Positions 39,442-52,838 of a stretch of DNA of 64,000 bases are shown here, piece by piece (position 1 is the stretch's first letter; every line of letters begins with the position of its first letter). Source of the stretch: Eledone cirrhosa (Eukaryota); NCBI GenBank assembly GCA_964016885.1, contig OZ024740.1, positions 241,180,001-241,244,000 on the forward strand, written 5' to 3'. Under the pieces are notes generated by a model. That model ran no database searches. It saw only the letters and a list, made by a program, of their open reading frames with translations, and was not told the origin of the DNA. The position numbers were made by a program, and so were the translations under genes.

Positions 39442-40329
39442 GAGTTACGAGAGAAAGAGAAAAAGAGAGAGACCAAGAAGTAGGTGGATATCAAAAGAAA
39501 AAAAATGAAAAGAAAAGTAAAAGGCGAAGCCTTGGTTGAACATAGAATAAAAACACGAGGTAGTTAAGAAATAACTTTTTTACCATTTAGAATACTACTG
39601 CTGTTACATGCTAAGAAATATGTTTAAATATGTTTTGATATTATTTTAATTTTATGAATCTATCATTTGATCATGGTTCAACTTGTCCTTTTGAGTATGT
39701 TCAATTTTAATAATAGATATTCGGCATTCGTGATTTCATTTGAATTAACTTGTAATCATGGTTTAAAAAAGCAATCTATAAAATTGAAATGGTATAGTTC
39801 AATTAAAAATGTACTAGTATTACCGACCCAGTAATATTAGTTTCCAATTTAGGCACAAGGCCTTTTCATGTACCCTTAAAGTAGTTCTCAGGAGATGGGG
39901 GTCAACCTAAGTGGTTTGAAGTAACTGGAAATAAAGTATTTCCTCAAGGACACAACGTACAACAGGGAATTATGACATTATGATCGTGAGTCGACCAACT
40001 TAACTACTAAAGCACTGGACTCCACTAGCCATAGTAAATATATTTATCGTACTAAAATGTTTAATTAAATAACGTGCAAAATCAGGTATATCGTTGCGAG
40101 TTCGTTTCGTTCGCAAGTTAAGAATGAAGTTTTCTCCGAGTTATATATAAAAAGAAAGTCGTTACCTGTTCGAATTTTATCGGAAGGATTATGCTAGGCT
40201 ATTTCAATCTTGTCTATGCTTATCACACCAGACATTACTTCAGGAGATGGTTCGTATACCATCTCTGCGCAGTCACGTACTATTTTAACAGACACGCGCA
40301 CTATTTTAAATAAATAAACTTTGTATTAA

Positions 40330-40518
40330 ATAATTGTTTCTACTTTAGGCACAAGGCCAGCAATTACCCAGTGCATTACTGGTACTTTATTTTATCGACC
40401 CCGTAAGGATGAAAGGCAAAGTTAACCTCGGCGGGATTTGAACTCAGACCGTAAAGGGACGTAACTATGCTGGAAAGCATGGCGTCCGACCCTCTACCGA
40501 TACTGCCAATCCACCGCC
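40330..40518 (-). mobile_element. Full-length SINE with 15-bp TSD
   Basis: TTTGTATTAAATAAT at 40320-40334 and 40523-40537. Confidence 0.9.
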
Positions 40519-41039
40519 ATATTTTGTATTAAATAATATTAAATAATATTAAATAAACCATATAATAAAATATATTGGTGCCAGTTCCTACAGTTAGCAT
40601 ATCAAAAAATGCATATTTTTCATTTTGATACAAACATGTTTTCTCTACAGCGGTCTTCCATTTTTTAGAAGTCATATGTCACGACAGAACTGAACTGCTA
40701 GAATTGGCGAGGCTAGCGTTGTGTGTGTATGTGTTCACTTGAAGACCACTATGTTGCGGTGGGCTTCTCCTGTTGATGAAGCGCAGCATAACACAATTGC
40801 ATAATATCTGCTGAAGTTAGACAATTCTCTGCATATAACACTTTCAATAACAACTGTTACAGGCAGAATGCTGCGCAGAAAAGGTACTGACCTGCATTTT
40901 GATATGCGAGTATCATTATCCAAGAGCTCCCATCTTACTGTTTCGTTTGCATTTTCTCAGCTGCAAGTCTACTAACTCATTGCGTGAGTGAATGGTGATC
41001 GGAGATCAATGAAATAAATTGGTTGACCTTCGTAAACTA

Positions 41040-41102
<63 letters not shown>

Positions 41103-41107
41103 TACAC

Positions 41108-41166
<59 letters not shown>

Positions 41167-41241
41167 CTGCATTAGTACGTGTATGTAAGTATGAATGATA
41201 GATACATTGAGATAGATAGAGAGGGAGAGAGGGAGAGAGAG

Positions 41242-41272
<31 letters not shown>

Positions 41273-41379
41273 CAGAATGAGAAAGAGTGACTGATGTTTA
41301 AGTAACATAACTAATACAAACACTATCCTAGTCATAGATAGAAGAAGAGAGCATAATCTTTTATTTAGTTAAAATCCAA

Positions 41380-41760
41380 ATTACTGGTACTTTATTTTAC
41401 CGACCCGTAAAAATGAAAGGCAAAACTAACCTCGGTGAGATTTGAACTCAGAAGGTAATGAGCCATAACTATAGACCGCAAAGCATGTTGTCCAACGCTC
41501 TACCGATTCTTCCAATCCACCGCCTTCGGTAATAATTGTTTCTACTCTTGGCACAAGGCCAGCAATTACCCCAGTGCATTACTAGTGTTTTATTTTATCG
41601 GCTCCGTAAGGATGAAAGGCAAAGTTAACCTCAGCGGGATTTGAACTCAGAATAATAGTAATAATAATTGTTTCTACTTTAGACACAGGGCCAGCAAATT
41701 ACCAAGTGCATTACTGGTACTTTATTTTATCGACCCCGTAAGGATGAAAGGCAAAGTCAA
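41380..41760 (-). mobile_element. Cluster of three partial SINEs
   Basis: Repeated GATGAAAGGCAAAGTTAACC blocks. Confidence 0.85.
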
Positions 41761-42433
41761 CAATAATAGTAATAATAATAGTTATGTTAATGGCGCAAAT
41801 GGTGAGGTGCAAAATAAAAAATAAAAAAATGAAACGTGTCAATTGTACAACCTTCAAGTTTCTTAACAGCAGGTAGAAACAGCATGACACAATGTGCCAA
41901 GGCTGGACTTTAAATTATAGGTACAATCCATGTGTCGGGAGTCTAAACAATATCCAACTAATCAGTTTCAGTCACAAGGCTAAAGTCGACCACTGGATAT
42001 GTTAAAACAGTTTTCCAAGGATGCACACAATTGGTTGAACTGGACACCTCGTGGCTTTGAAGCAAACTTATTTAACATTCAGCCATGTCTGCAACTATCA
42101 TAAAACATACTAGCAATCTAATAAACATACTGAACACAAAATGAAGATAGAAATTATATAAATATTGATTTCTTACACAAGTACAAGGCTACGCATTGGT
42201 GGAGAAGGGGAAATCGAATATATCTACTCCAGTACTCAACTGGTTCATATTGTATCGTTTCGAAATGACTGAAAGGCGAAATCGACCAATGTGGAATAGA
42301 ATATGAACATATAACGTATAGAGCCGTAAGTAGTAACGTTACAACAAACGCTGCAACAAATCTGCTAACCTATGAATTTAATTATATGATTAACTAACAT
42401 TTTCAAAATGAGGTATAAAAGGACAGGGACTGT

Positions 42434-42537
<104 letters not shown>

Positions 42538-42713
42538 CTGACTGCTGCTAGTTATAGCGGTAGCCGACTGACCTCCCTGCCTCTGCCTCTATCTTTGCAC
42601 TCGGCCCTTGAAAAAATTGATTCCACTTCATTTACTCTCATCTCGGGAGCAGTTTTGGATAGCGCTAGTTCGTAATTTAAATTCAAGAATTTTATATTCT
42701 TTGAATGAAAAGA

Positions 42714-42797
42714 ACCTTCTGACGAGAATCTTTCTTTGCAACGAAGGCCGCATGGACTCCGTTTATTTTTGAGATTCGAAACCGATTCGGTAAAGGT
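42714..42797 (+). ncRNA. Canonical type I hammerhead ribozyme in a ~330-bp unit (42535-42868) between long (TA)n tracts
   Basis: ACCTT-CTGACGA-GAATCT[40 nt]AGATTC-GAA-ACCG(ATT)CGGT-A|AAGGT: all three helices Watson-Crick paired, core intact, GUA site. Confidence 0.9.
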
Positions 42798-42865
42798 AAC
42801 TATAGTAAGTAAAGTTAATTTTTTAAAATTTATTTTGAAACTTTTTCCTTATTTGCTAAACCTTG

Positions 42866-42982
<117 letters not shown>

Positions 42983-42988
42983 AAAGGA

Positions 42989-43069
<81 letters not shown>

Positions 43070-44929
43070 TATGAAGACAGGGAGAATATAATCAATTTGA
43101 AACAAAAGACAGAAGAGAGAATCAACTGGTCTTAGATATCTTGAATGAGTTTTCCGCATGTCTTTATTCCTTCAAAGTTATTAGTTACTTAAGTCAATGT
43201 TTGTAGCATACAGTGAATACATATATGAACAATTGTCGCAAACAATTCCTAGGAATAGTTAACTCAAGCAACCTCAACTTAGCCACTCAACTTGCTAGAA
43301 AACCAAAACATTATTTTCCTCAAACTATATATGTCTTAGAACTGGGAAGAGACGATTCCTTTTGAAACGATTTCAAAATCTGTGACTACATAGGTTGTAA
43401 GAACTGGGAACACTAGAAATCTAGTCGGGAGTACAAAAAACAAAACAAAACAAAAAAAAAACAAAAAAAATCAACAATATAAAATAACGGGAGGGCCATA
43501 ACTTGAATGTATTTGATCCTAGTTCTACTAGATCAGAGCCAATTTGGGGTTAAACAACAACAATATAAATGGATATTACGGATGCTTAAAACAACTCAGT
43601 ATATATCTATTCTCCTAGGGACGAAAGGATTAACCGAAATAGAAACGGAAAACTGAAAATTACTATATTACTGTATTCTATTGTAGACCGTAGTTTAGCT
43701 GGATTATTAGTGTCAAAACAAAATACCTTGCTTTATTTTCTTCACCGTTTAGGTTCTGAGTTAAAATCTAGCTGAGCTCAGTTTTGTCTTGCATCCTATT
43801 GAGGCTGATAAAATAAATTGCCAGCTAAGTACTGGGGTTTATTTACGTTATTGATTCTAGTGTCTACCAGAATATTTCTGAGAATCCTGAACGAATTTTC
43901 TTCATGCTGTTTGCGCTTTAAGGGCAGTTAAGAGTAAGAAAAAGTCACATTGTTAATGTACATTGCAGCGATCCCAGACTTTATTGGCTTTGAAAGACAT
44001 TGTGTCCAACACAGAAGTCGACAGAAGAAGATTCCATTGCTTCGGCCATCTTTGCTTTTCAGAAATAGGTATAATTAAATATCGTTTAATTAGTCTTCCA
44101 TTAACAGCTTTTAAATATCGACACAAGAGTTTCAAATTTGTCAAATCAGCACAATAACATCATTTCTGTTATTAAGAGCTCTTAGGAATAACACTATTTT
44201 TTCGATAATTTCCATTTCGCTACGTTTTCGTTGTAATTATGTGTGCAGCATTATCTGATGAAGAGGTGTCACTCCAATAGTTGTAATATTGACAGTTGGC
44301 GTTCTATGAACAGTACTTCCGAGACAATAAACTAATTTACAATGACCCACTTCATCTAGCTGCAGATATGTAATTTAGGGTAGTGCAACATATTTCTTTC
44401 CACGTCGATAAACCGTATAATTAGCGAATGTTTCTTTAACTTGCACTTATGAGTCTGAATATTGCGGTAGAACGCACAAGAAATAAATATCACTTATTTG
44501 TATTATATTATAGAACCCCTTTTAGTTTTTGGAGAATTTCTGTGCGTAAATATTTTTTGGCAAGATAAATTGCTGCATGCTAGCCATCTTATACAACGTG
44601 AATTCATAATCATAATGTGTTTTTAAGGACAAAACTTAGAAATCTTGTCAGAGAATGGTTTATGTCAACCCATAGGAGCATTTGAACTCAGCACTGCAAA
44701 TCTATGAGACACTTGTTCATTATACTAGCTAACGAAAGAGCTAACGAAAGAGCCACAACATAGTAGCTCGACTGCTAGAAATAGCAGCAATATACTTTAA
44801 ATTAATTCTTCTCTACTATCTTTAAAATAGCTGAATATATTGAGTAAATTCATTTTAACATAATATGACTGAAAGATGAGAACGCTACAGCTGGAATGCT
44901 GGTCAAATGATGAAAACAGTCCAAAACTA

Positions 44930-46700
44930 CACGTAGAAGATATCCGAAAGAGACGATTTGTTTTGAAACGATTTCAAAATCTGTGACTACATAGGTTGTA
45001 AGATTTTACGGTTTTCAAACGAGACCAAGAGAGGAAGTAAGAAATGTTCGAACTCTTTAAATCTCATAGGTAATTAGCAAGAGAGGTAGAGTGCTTCACT
45101 TTTAGATTCATGAAAGAGTGGGAGTGGGAGTAGTGCCGTGATTTAAAACTATTCGACGATGTATCGATGGCTTTAGTACCATTAGGTATAGAAACAGTGC
45201 ACTGATATACTATGTTAGATATGAGGCAATTACCAGTAAGAGACAAATTCGTGGTTGTCTGTAATTACACTTAAGTTTAGCAAGTAGGTTACCATGAGTA
45301 TTATATACAGTATTAAGGTTATGTAACTGGTTTAGACTTATACAAGGTTAAGATTTACTCCTAGTTAACTGTACATTTGGTTTTGTAGAACTAGCTACAT
45401 TTTCTGATACTAAATTATACTTATTCAATTTTGCACTGTTGCTAGAGGCTAAATAACCTGCTAAATTAGATGTTGAGAAGGAGAATTTGTGGCACTTACG
45501 TGATTGGGAAAATATTTTATCAATTATACTAAGGAACCATTTAGGTATGTTTGAAGCTATATGCTTACTATAATCCATGTGGTGGGCCTTCTACGCTTAG
45601 TCATATTACATAATGTTGATGTGCAATTATCTCGTAGTTGTAGGTTATGTGATGGAAAATGGGATTTCAGTTCATTATTGTTGCAATGAGAATTTTTTAT
45701 TACTAGTTAGGGATATTAAGGAGCTTGCTAGAGTTTATATCATGAATTTGTGTCGAATTTGAAAGTTCATGAAGGTGAAGTTTATGCTGTATCATAACTT
45801 TCCTTCTAACATTGCTCTTGCCATTCTGAGTTCAAATCCCGTCGAGGTTAACTTTGCCTTTCATCCTTATGGGGTTGATAAAATAAAGTACCAGTAATAC
45901 ACTGGTTAATTGCTGGCCTTGTGACAAAAGTCGAAACAATTATTTGGCGAATTGGCAGTATTGTTTGAGCGTAAGACACCATGCTTTACAGCATAGAGTT
46001 ATGGTCCTTTACGTTCTGAGTTCAATTCCCGCCGAGGTTAACTTTGCTTTTCATTCTTACGGGGTCGATAAAATAAAGTAGCAGTAATGTACTGGGTTAA
46101 TTGCTGGCCTTGTGCCAAAAGTAGAAATAATTATTTAAACACCTTTACTTATAGTAGTTTTTGTTACTCATAGTTATACTTCTGTTATGGTTTGAATATC
46201 CATTGTTGCTAGTGTATGTAAGGTTTTTCATACTCACACCAACCCTATTTGTGTTAGATGCGATATTTAAAGTCTTAGAAGAAGTATTAACATGGTCAAT
46301 AGCTTTAGCGTTTGTGCCATTTAGGTTAGATTCTATATCAAGGTCATTCTTAGATCTCTGTAATATGAATAATTATATTTGAGTTTCTACTTCTATAGTT
46401 ATTTTATTTATGTTGTATTGGATTTCTTCGTTATAACCTGATCTAATTAACACCCCATTGTAAGATTATGCATTTGGGATAAATATAACTCTATTGGAGG
46501 ACAATCTAGAAATTCTGTTGGATACATTTTTACTATAGACTTAAGTATGGTTTACTATAGACTTAAGTATGGTTTGAGAGGTTATGTACATAGAAAAGGT
46601 GCTCACCTGGTTTATGATAAGGTTTATAAACCCGGATATTTAGTTCAAAGATAACATCTAAGAATTAAGTACTTTATTATTTATACCTATCGTAATATTT
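44930..46700 (-). mobile_element. Decayed PLE (RT thumb, linker, GIY-YIG) interrupted by SINEs at about 45825-46135
   Basis: NRISRLSSN, KWFLSIIDKIF and CLISNIVYQCTV...SNSFKSRHYSH...STSLANYL parallel the intact ORF. Confidence 0.85.
45825..46135 (+). mobile_element. Two adjacent SINE copies
   Basis: SINE consensus occurs twice. Confidence 0.9.
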
Positions 46701-47905
46701 AAGTTATCATCTTAAAACAAACTACGTAAATGTTGTTTCGTTCTTTCTGTGTTGCAGTTAATTGTGAAAATAGCGACATCACGACACAACCTTCTGTTTA
46801 AGAAAGTAAAGACATTATGTAGATTGCTTAGTCAGAAAAGGCCAACTAAGTCAGTAATCTGGGTCGAATCGCTCGATTCCATTGTGGTATCTAAGTTTTC
46901 AGGGCTATTCATTCTGGTACAAAGGTTACAAGTGAAAAAGTGTCTGTTTCAGTACGGTACAAGGTAATTAATTACCTCACTGACGATAGACAATCAAAGG
47001 ATAAGTGAAATACAGAATGAGCAATACAAAAGAGTTTTCACGCCATTTATACGTTACTTGCAAATAAATATGCCATATGTGATTTTTGACTTCACAGCAT
47101 TGACATCACATGAAGAAATACCAGCTATCAATTACTTCGACATAAAGAAGAAATATCTTATATGAATCCTTAGTGAAATGAGACTAAATTGGTTTGCATT
47201 TTAGCTTTCAGTGATTGATAAATACTGAGGTTTATCTACCAACAATATCCCCACTCCAAATTCTAGACTTTATATCTATGTTAGAAATAAATATTAGACT
47301 AAGAGAATAGTACTTGGAATAGTAGATAGCTAGACAAAACACATTGTAATAATATCGTTACACTCTTGAGTTAAAATCTCGTCTTTTATTCTACTTGTCG
47401 TGTTCTAATGTTGATTTAATGGGCTGCATACCTCCTCCATATATAATCTTGCGTTTATATCATAAATAACTTGGAGAAATTTCACTTTAATTAATATTAT
47501 GGTGAGTAAATATACGAAACAGTAAAACGCCATAAAATATATTATATTTTATTTCGTCCTTCGATACTATGAGTTCAAATATCGCAGGAATCATTTTTGC
47601 ATTTCATTATATACTCTGAACCTGTTAACTTCAAATATATGGCTTTGTGCATTTATCAGCATTGAGGCGTCATTGAAGACTGGGTTGTTTGGTTCCATTA
47701 GCAATGACATTCCTAACAATAGCATTATCCTTCTCTTCCACTCAACACTTTATTCAACTTCAGTTAAGATAAAAGGTATAAAATCATAAGTTTACATTTT
47801 TGTAATATGAAAAGATATATATACTTTTAGTATAAAAGTTGGTTTAAACGAACTCATTAATATATTTAACAGTTTTTTTTATTGGATTATTGTTAGTTTC
47901 TCTAA

Positions 47906-48590
47906 CTAGAGTAATAATTGTTTCAACATTTGGCACGAGGCCAGCAATTTCAAGGGGAGGGGAAAGCCGATTAAATTGAGCCTAGTACATTACTGGTGCT
48001 TTATTTTATCGACTCCGTAAGGATGAAAGGCAAAGCTAACCCCGGCGGGATTTGAACTCAGAACGTACGGGGCCATAACTCTCTGACTCGAACCAGGGTG
48101 TTCGACCGCTCTACTGATACTGCCAATCCACCTTTCTAGAGTAATAATTGTTTCTACTTTTGGCACAAGGCCAGCAATAAACCAGTGCATTACTGGTACT
48201 TTATTTTATCGACCCCGTAAGGATGAAAGGGAAAGTTAACCTTGGCGGGATTTGAACTCAGGGCCGTAACTCTGCAAAGTATGGCGTCCGACCCTCGACC
48301 GATACTGCCAATCCACCGCCCTAGAGTAATAATTGTTTCTACTTTTGGCACAAGGCCAACAATTATCTCAGTGTATTACTGGTACTTTATTTTATCGACT
48401 CTGTAAGGATGAAAGGCACAGTTAACCTAGAGTAATAATGATTTCTAGTATAGGCCAGTAATTTGGGGGAGGGGAAAGTCGATTAAATCGACCCCAGCAC
48501 GTTACTGGTGCTTTATTTTTTTTATCGACCCCGTAAGGATGAAAGGCAAAGTTAACATCGGCGAGATTTGAATTCAAAATGTAAAGGGTT
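47906..48590 (-). mobile_element. Four stacked SINEs, each preceded by CTAGAGTAATAAT
   Basis: Motif at 47906, 48136, 48321 and 48427; the copies are diverged from one another. Confidence 0.85.
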
Positions 48591-49324
48591 ATGCTGCTAG
48601 TAGATGTGTATATCAACCATAAAACATTTGTCAACCAACGAGAAATCCTGTGTGCGACCACTCCCTGTTAAGACAAACGTTAAATTCATTCAAACCACAT
48701 AAAGCTTCTAAAATAGGAAGAATATAATTGGAAAATGTAGTCCTGAATATACAAAAATTAGGGATCACCACAATTAAAGCAGTTTTGATCACATGTCTCT
48801 TAAGCGTGAGCCGACCCGGAGAAAAATAACAAGAAGAACTGAAAATTGCTTCTATGGATTCTCCCATCAAATTATATTCGTAATATATATTACCATTTGA
48901 CATTACATGCAATGATTGCCGTTAAAGTGTATATCCAACACACTCCGATCGATAAACTAAATTGGAAATCTGCAGTCAGGGATTTACAAGAAAATTGAAT
49001 TTTTGGGAAAGTAATTTTGATTGGCCAATAGATAATCATCAATCACTTTTGATTGGGCATCTGTCTAGAAAATATTCAGCTCCAAATTTCTTTAAATTCT
49101 GTTGTAGATGTTGACAGATTTAGTAGAAATAAGTAAACAAACCCATTGAATATATCATTTGAAAAGCAATTTCCAATCACCGCCCCCCCCCCCCCCCTCA
49201 CCATCACCACTAGAAAACATATCATTGTCACGTAAAACGAAAACAGCTACTACAACTAGGAAGAATGGGGATATGACATTGCTGTCAAATATTTATTGTA
49301 AAAATGTATCACGATGTAAAGTCT

Positions 49325-49640
49325 TTTCCTCTTAATTTCAAGTTTATTTTTGAATGGCTACCTTCCCGGTGGAAAATTTCCGCCGTCCTTTATGCAATCA
49401 TTCATCCTTTGATAGAAGTTTTACAGATCGTTTTACAATCGCTCATCCTCTTACGGAAGTTTTACAGATTTTGAATGTTTTAGATATATGCCCATTGATG
49501 GTCCAGGCGGCTTGATATTTATCCTATAGCTCCTATAATAATATTAGACCGGTTGTATTTTTATTTGGTGGCAGTGTTTATTTTTAGGCTTCAACACCAT
49601 TCGTGTCCATTTTTTCGCCGTCTGTTGTGCAAATCAGATT
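49325..49640 (-). mobile_element. R4/Dong-like RLE 3' fragment
   Basis: Reverse complement matches AAAATAAAAACTGCCACCAAATTAAAGCACAACCGG of about 54110-54145; abuts (TATG)n. Confidence 0.7.
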
Positions 49641-49741
49641 GTATGTATGTATGTATGTATGTATGTATGTATGTATGTATGTATGTATGTATGTATGTAT
49701 GTATGTATGTATGTATGTATGTATGTATGTGTGTATGTATG

Positions 49742-50305
49742 TATGTTCTTCTGGTTTTATAATTTCACAAAGTTTTACCAACAGAGAGAGTCGGTTTCTA
49801 ACATAGACACAAGAATCTCTCATTGGAATTTTCACAACATCAACTAGGTAGATATGTATGTATGTATGTGTGTATGTGTATATGTATGTATGTTATTCTG
49901 GTTTTATAATTTCACAAAGTTTTACCAACAGAGAGAGTCGGTTTCTAACATAGACACAAGAATCTCTCATTGGAATTTTCACAACATCAACTAGGTAGAT
50001 ATGTATGTATGTATGTGTGTATGTGTATATGTATGTATGTTCTTCTGGTTTTATAATTTCACAAAGTTATACCAATAGAGAGAGTTGGTTACTAACATAG
50101 ACACAAGACTCTCTCATTGGAATTTACACAACATCAACTAGGTAGATATGTATGTATGTATGTATGTGTGTATGTATGTATGTATGTATGTATGTTCTTC
50201 TGGTTTTATAATTTCATAAAGTTATACCAATAGAGAGAGAGAGTTGGTTTCTAACATAGACACAAGACTCTCTCATTGGAATTTACACATCAACTAGGTA
50301 GATAT
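49742..50305 (-). repeat. Four tandem ~130-155-bp copies of an R4-like 3' UTR separated by (TATG)n
   Basis: TTCTGGTTTTATAATTTCACAAAG...CAACTAGGTAGATATG four times; reverse complement of about 55785-55895. Confidence 0.85.
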
Positions 50306-51750
50306 GTATGTATGCATGCATGCGTAGATCTGGATGTTATTGTATGTGTGGATGTGTATGTTTTGAGTTGTATGTGTGCATGTGTATATGCTTTGTATCT
50401 GTACATGTGTATATGCAGTTATTAAATGCAAAATGTTTGGAATGTTTTACATATTTTTACTGTTCCATTAATGGATTGTACTTGTAATTTCCTAAGTAGT
50501 TGTGATCTTTCTGTTCCTGTGAAGCCTAGCTTCTCAGGATTTGTATTGAGGCAGTTATAACATACCCCAGTGCCCCAATAATCACAGACATAAATCTGAA
50601 GGTGTAATCGGGGTGGAGTATCTGCAGATAGTATTTGCCCTTCATATCTCTATAGACGGATGTTTGGTTTTGTCCGGATCTTTTATTAAGCAATTTTCTC
50701 TCATCTACCTTCATCAGGTATCGGCGTTTTTCGCTAACAGCTCTCAATTCTTGTTTGAGGGTGATCAGCTCATATTGGAGAGTTCTGGTTCTACTGTTAA
50801 CAAACATCGTCGCTACTTTATTTTTCACTCTTTGTTCGTGAGGAGTGAGGTTTTTTGTGTTTCTTTGCATGTAAGGAGCATTTTCACATATCCTATGTTT
50901 TTTCGTAGGTCAGCAATCTTTTTTTTATTTTAGTTATATATGATGGTATTTTTGGTGGTGTTCTGTTCTCGATAATATCTCTGCTATCACCAAGATAATG
51001 CTTCACTGTCGTTGCTAAGGCATATAAACAGGCGTTGATTTGCCAAAATGTTGGGGTTTTTATCCGTCGTAAATATTCATCCTCTATTTCGAAAATAACA
51101 CGTAATATTTCATTATTTGGTTTTTTATTAAACATTGTCGATTTAATACGTTCAGCAAGAGAGATATTTATACATGAATTAATTTCTCTCTGGAAGATTT
51201 CGTTCAGGGAAAATTTCAATTGTTTATACTTTTGCTTATTATCATTATCGATAGTATTTTCCACAAAAGTCGAGGTAGACTCGGATGGTAAACGTGGTGT
51301 CAAATTTCTTCGATTATTATTATTATTTCTTCGATTATTATTATTATCGATAGTGTTTTCCCCAGCAGTCGAGGTAGACTTACATGGTACAGGCTGTGTC
51401 AAGTTTCTTACAGGCATAGTTGTTTCAAGGCGCTGTTCGACCTGACTGTTCTGTAGCTACAACTGAATAAAGTTTGTTTACCTTACTTGTTATTTGTCTT
51501 CGATACTTCCTTAATTTTGTTGTTGATGTTGTGTTCAGCCATGCTGTTTGTAGCAAATCCTTGTAAAATGAATTATGTATTTAGTCGGATATCTCTACGA
51601 ATTTGAATAAAAGGTGTCTTCAGAAGATATAGTTAGAAGAATAACCAGTTATTCAACCTGACTGTAGTTGTGGCATTACTATCGGAGATAGTATTCATCT
51701 TAATAATATTCATTAGTCGCCAAAATAATGAATTGATCGCATTGACTGTC
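50306..51750 (-). mobile_element. Internally deleted R4/Dong-like element (5' region fused to the RLE C-terminus)
   Basis: ORFs 50893-51417 and 50526-50870; the latter switches at about 50630 into LQILHPDYTFRFMSVIIGALG, matching about 55495-55550. Confidence 0.7.
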
Positions 51751-52014
51751 TATGTATGTATGTATGTATGTATGTATGTATGTATGTATGTATGTATGTA
51801 TGTATGTATGTATGTATGTATGTATGTATGTATGTATGTATGCATGCATGCATGCATGTATGTATGTATGTATGTATGTATGTATGTATGTATGTATGTA
51901 TGTATGTATGTATGTATGTATGTATGTATGCATCTTTGTATATATACACATACATAAATACATAGATGCATACATACATACATACATACATACATACATA
52001 CATACATACATACA

Positions 52015-52045
<31 letters not shown>

Positions 52046-52046
<1 letters not shown>

Positions 52047-52812
52047 ATAAACACATTAAAAGCTACAGCAATGTGGAAGACATATACATACATACTATGA
52101 AAGAGTACTGGTTGAATATTCCAGTCAAACCCCAATAGAATGCAAGCATAATAGACCAGATATAATGATATAAGACAGAGAAAAGAAGGCATGCACAGTA
52201 GTGGAAGTTAGCTGCCCAGCAGATGTCAATATAATATTAAAGATTAGAGAAAAGGAGAATATTTATGGAGAACCATCTGGAATGCAATTCTGAAAACAAA
52301 ATTAAAAACAAACGAGGAAGAATATATTGAGACAGATGGCACTAAAGAATACTGGTGATACCTCAAAATAAAAACTGCCACCAAATTAAAGCACAACCGG
52401 CCTGATATTGTTGTTTGGGACCACACATTGAAAACGTGTTCTGTTGTAGAGATCAGTGCCCACTTGATGTAAATGTTGTCAGAAAAATACAGGAGAAGAA
52501 CATCTACGGACCATTGGTGAAGAGTTTACACATCCAGTATCCAATATGCACCTTTAGCTTCATACCCATCGTTATTGGAGCTACGGGTTATATACCAACC
52601 CGCTTGGACCAATGTATAACTGAACTTGGATTTGTGGACAAAGAGCGTAGCTCCCTAAATCATAGTCTACAAATGGCTGCGATAGCTGGCACCTTCAAAG
52701 TTTACAAAACAATTTTGCAATTCAAGGGATGACAATTTCTTTTCTTTTACAACTTTGCCACCAGGAAGGTCGCCGGTAAAAAATATACTTGAAATTAAGA
52801 GAAAGAGAGACA
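52046..52812 (+). mobile_element. Two fused R4/Dong-like RLE fragments
   Basis: HNRPDI, VEVSCP, CPLDVNVVRKIQEK and FIPIVIGATG; flanked by (CATA)n. Confidence 0.85.
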
Positions 52813-52838
52813 TACATACATACATGCATACATACATA

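Noticed and set aside
46758-46963. Candidate host exon (TTGCAG...AAG|GTAATT) with an open frame
   Set aside because: No recognisable protein similarity or partner exons; cannot be supported without RNA-seq.
46976-47021. CTCA-CTGACGA...GAAA...TGAG pattern (similar weak hits near 18800-18845 and 44255-44330)
   Set aside because: No helix II pairing or no NUH site; compatible with chance.
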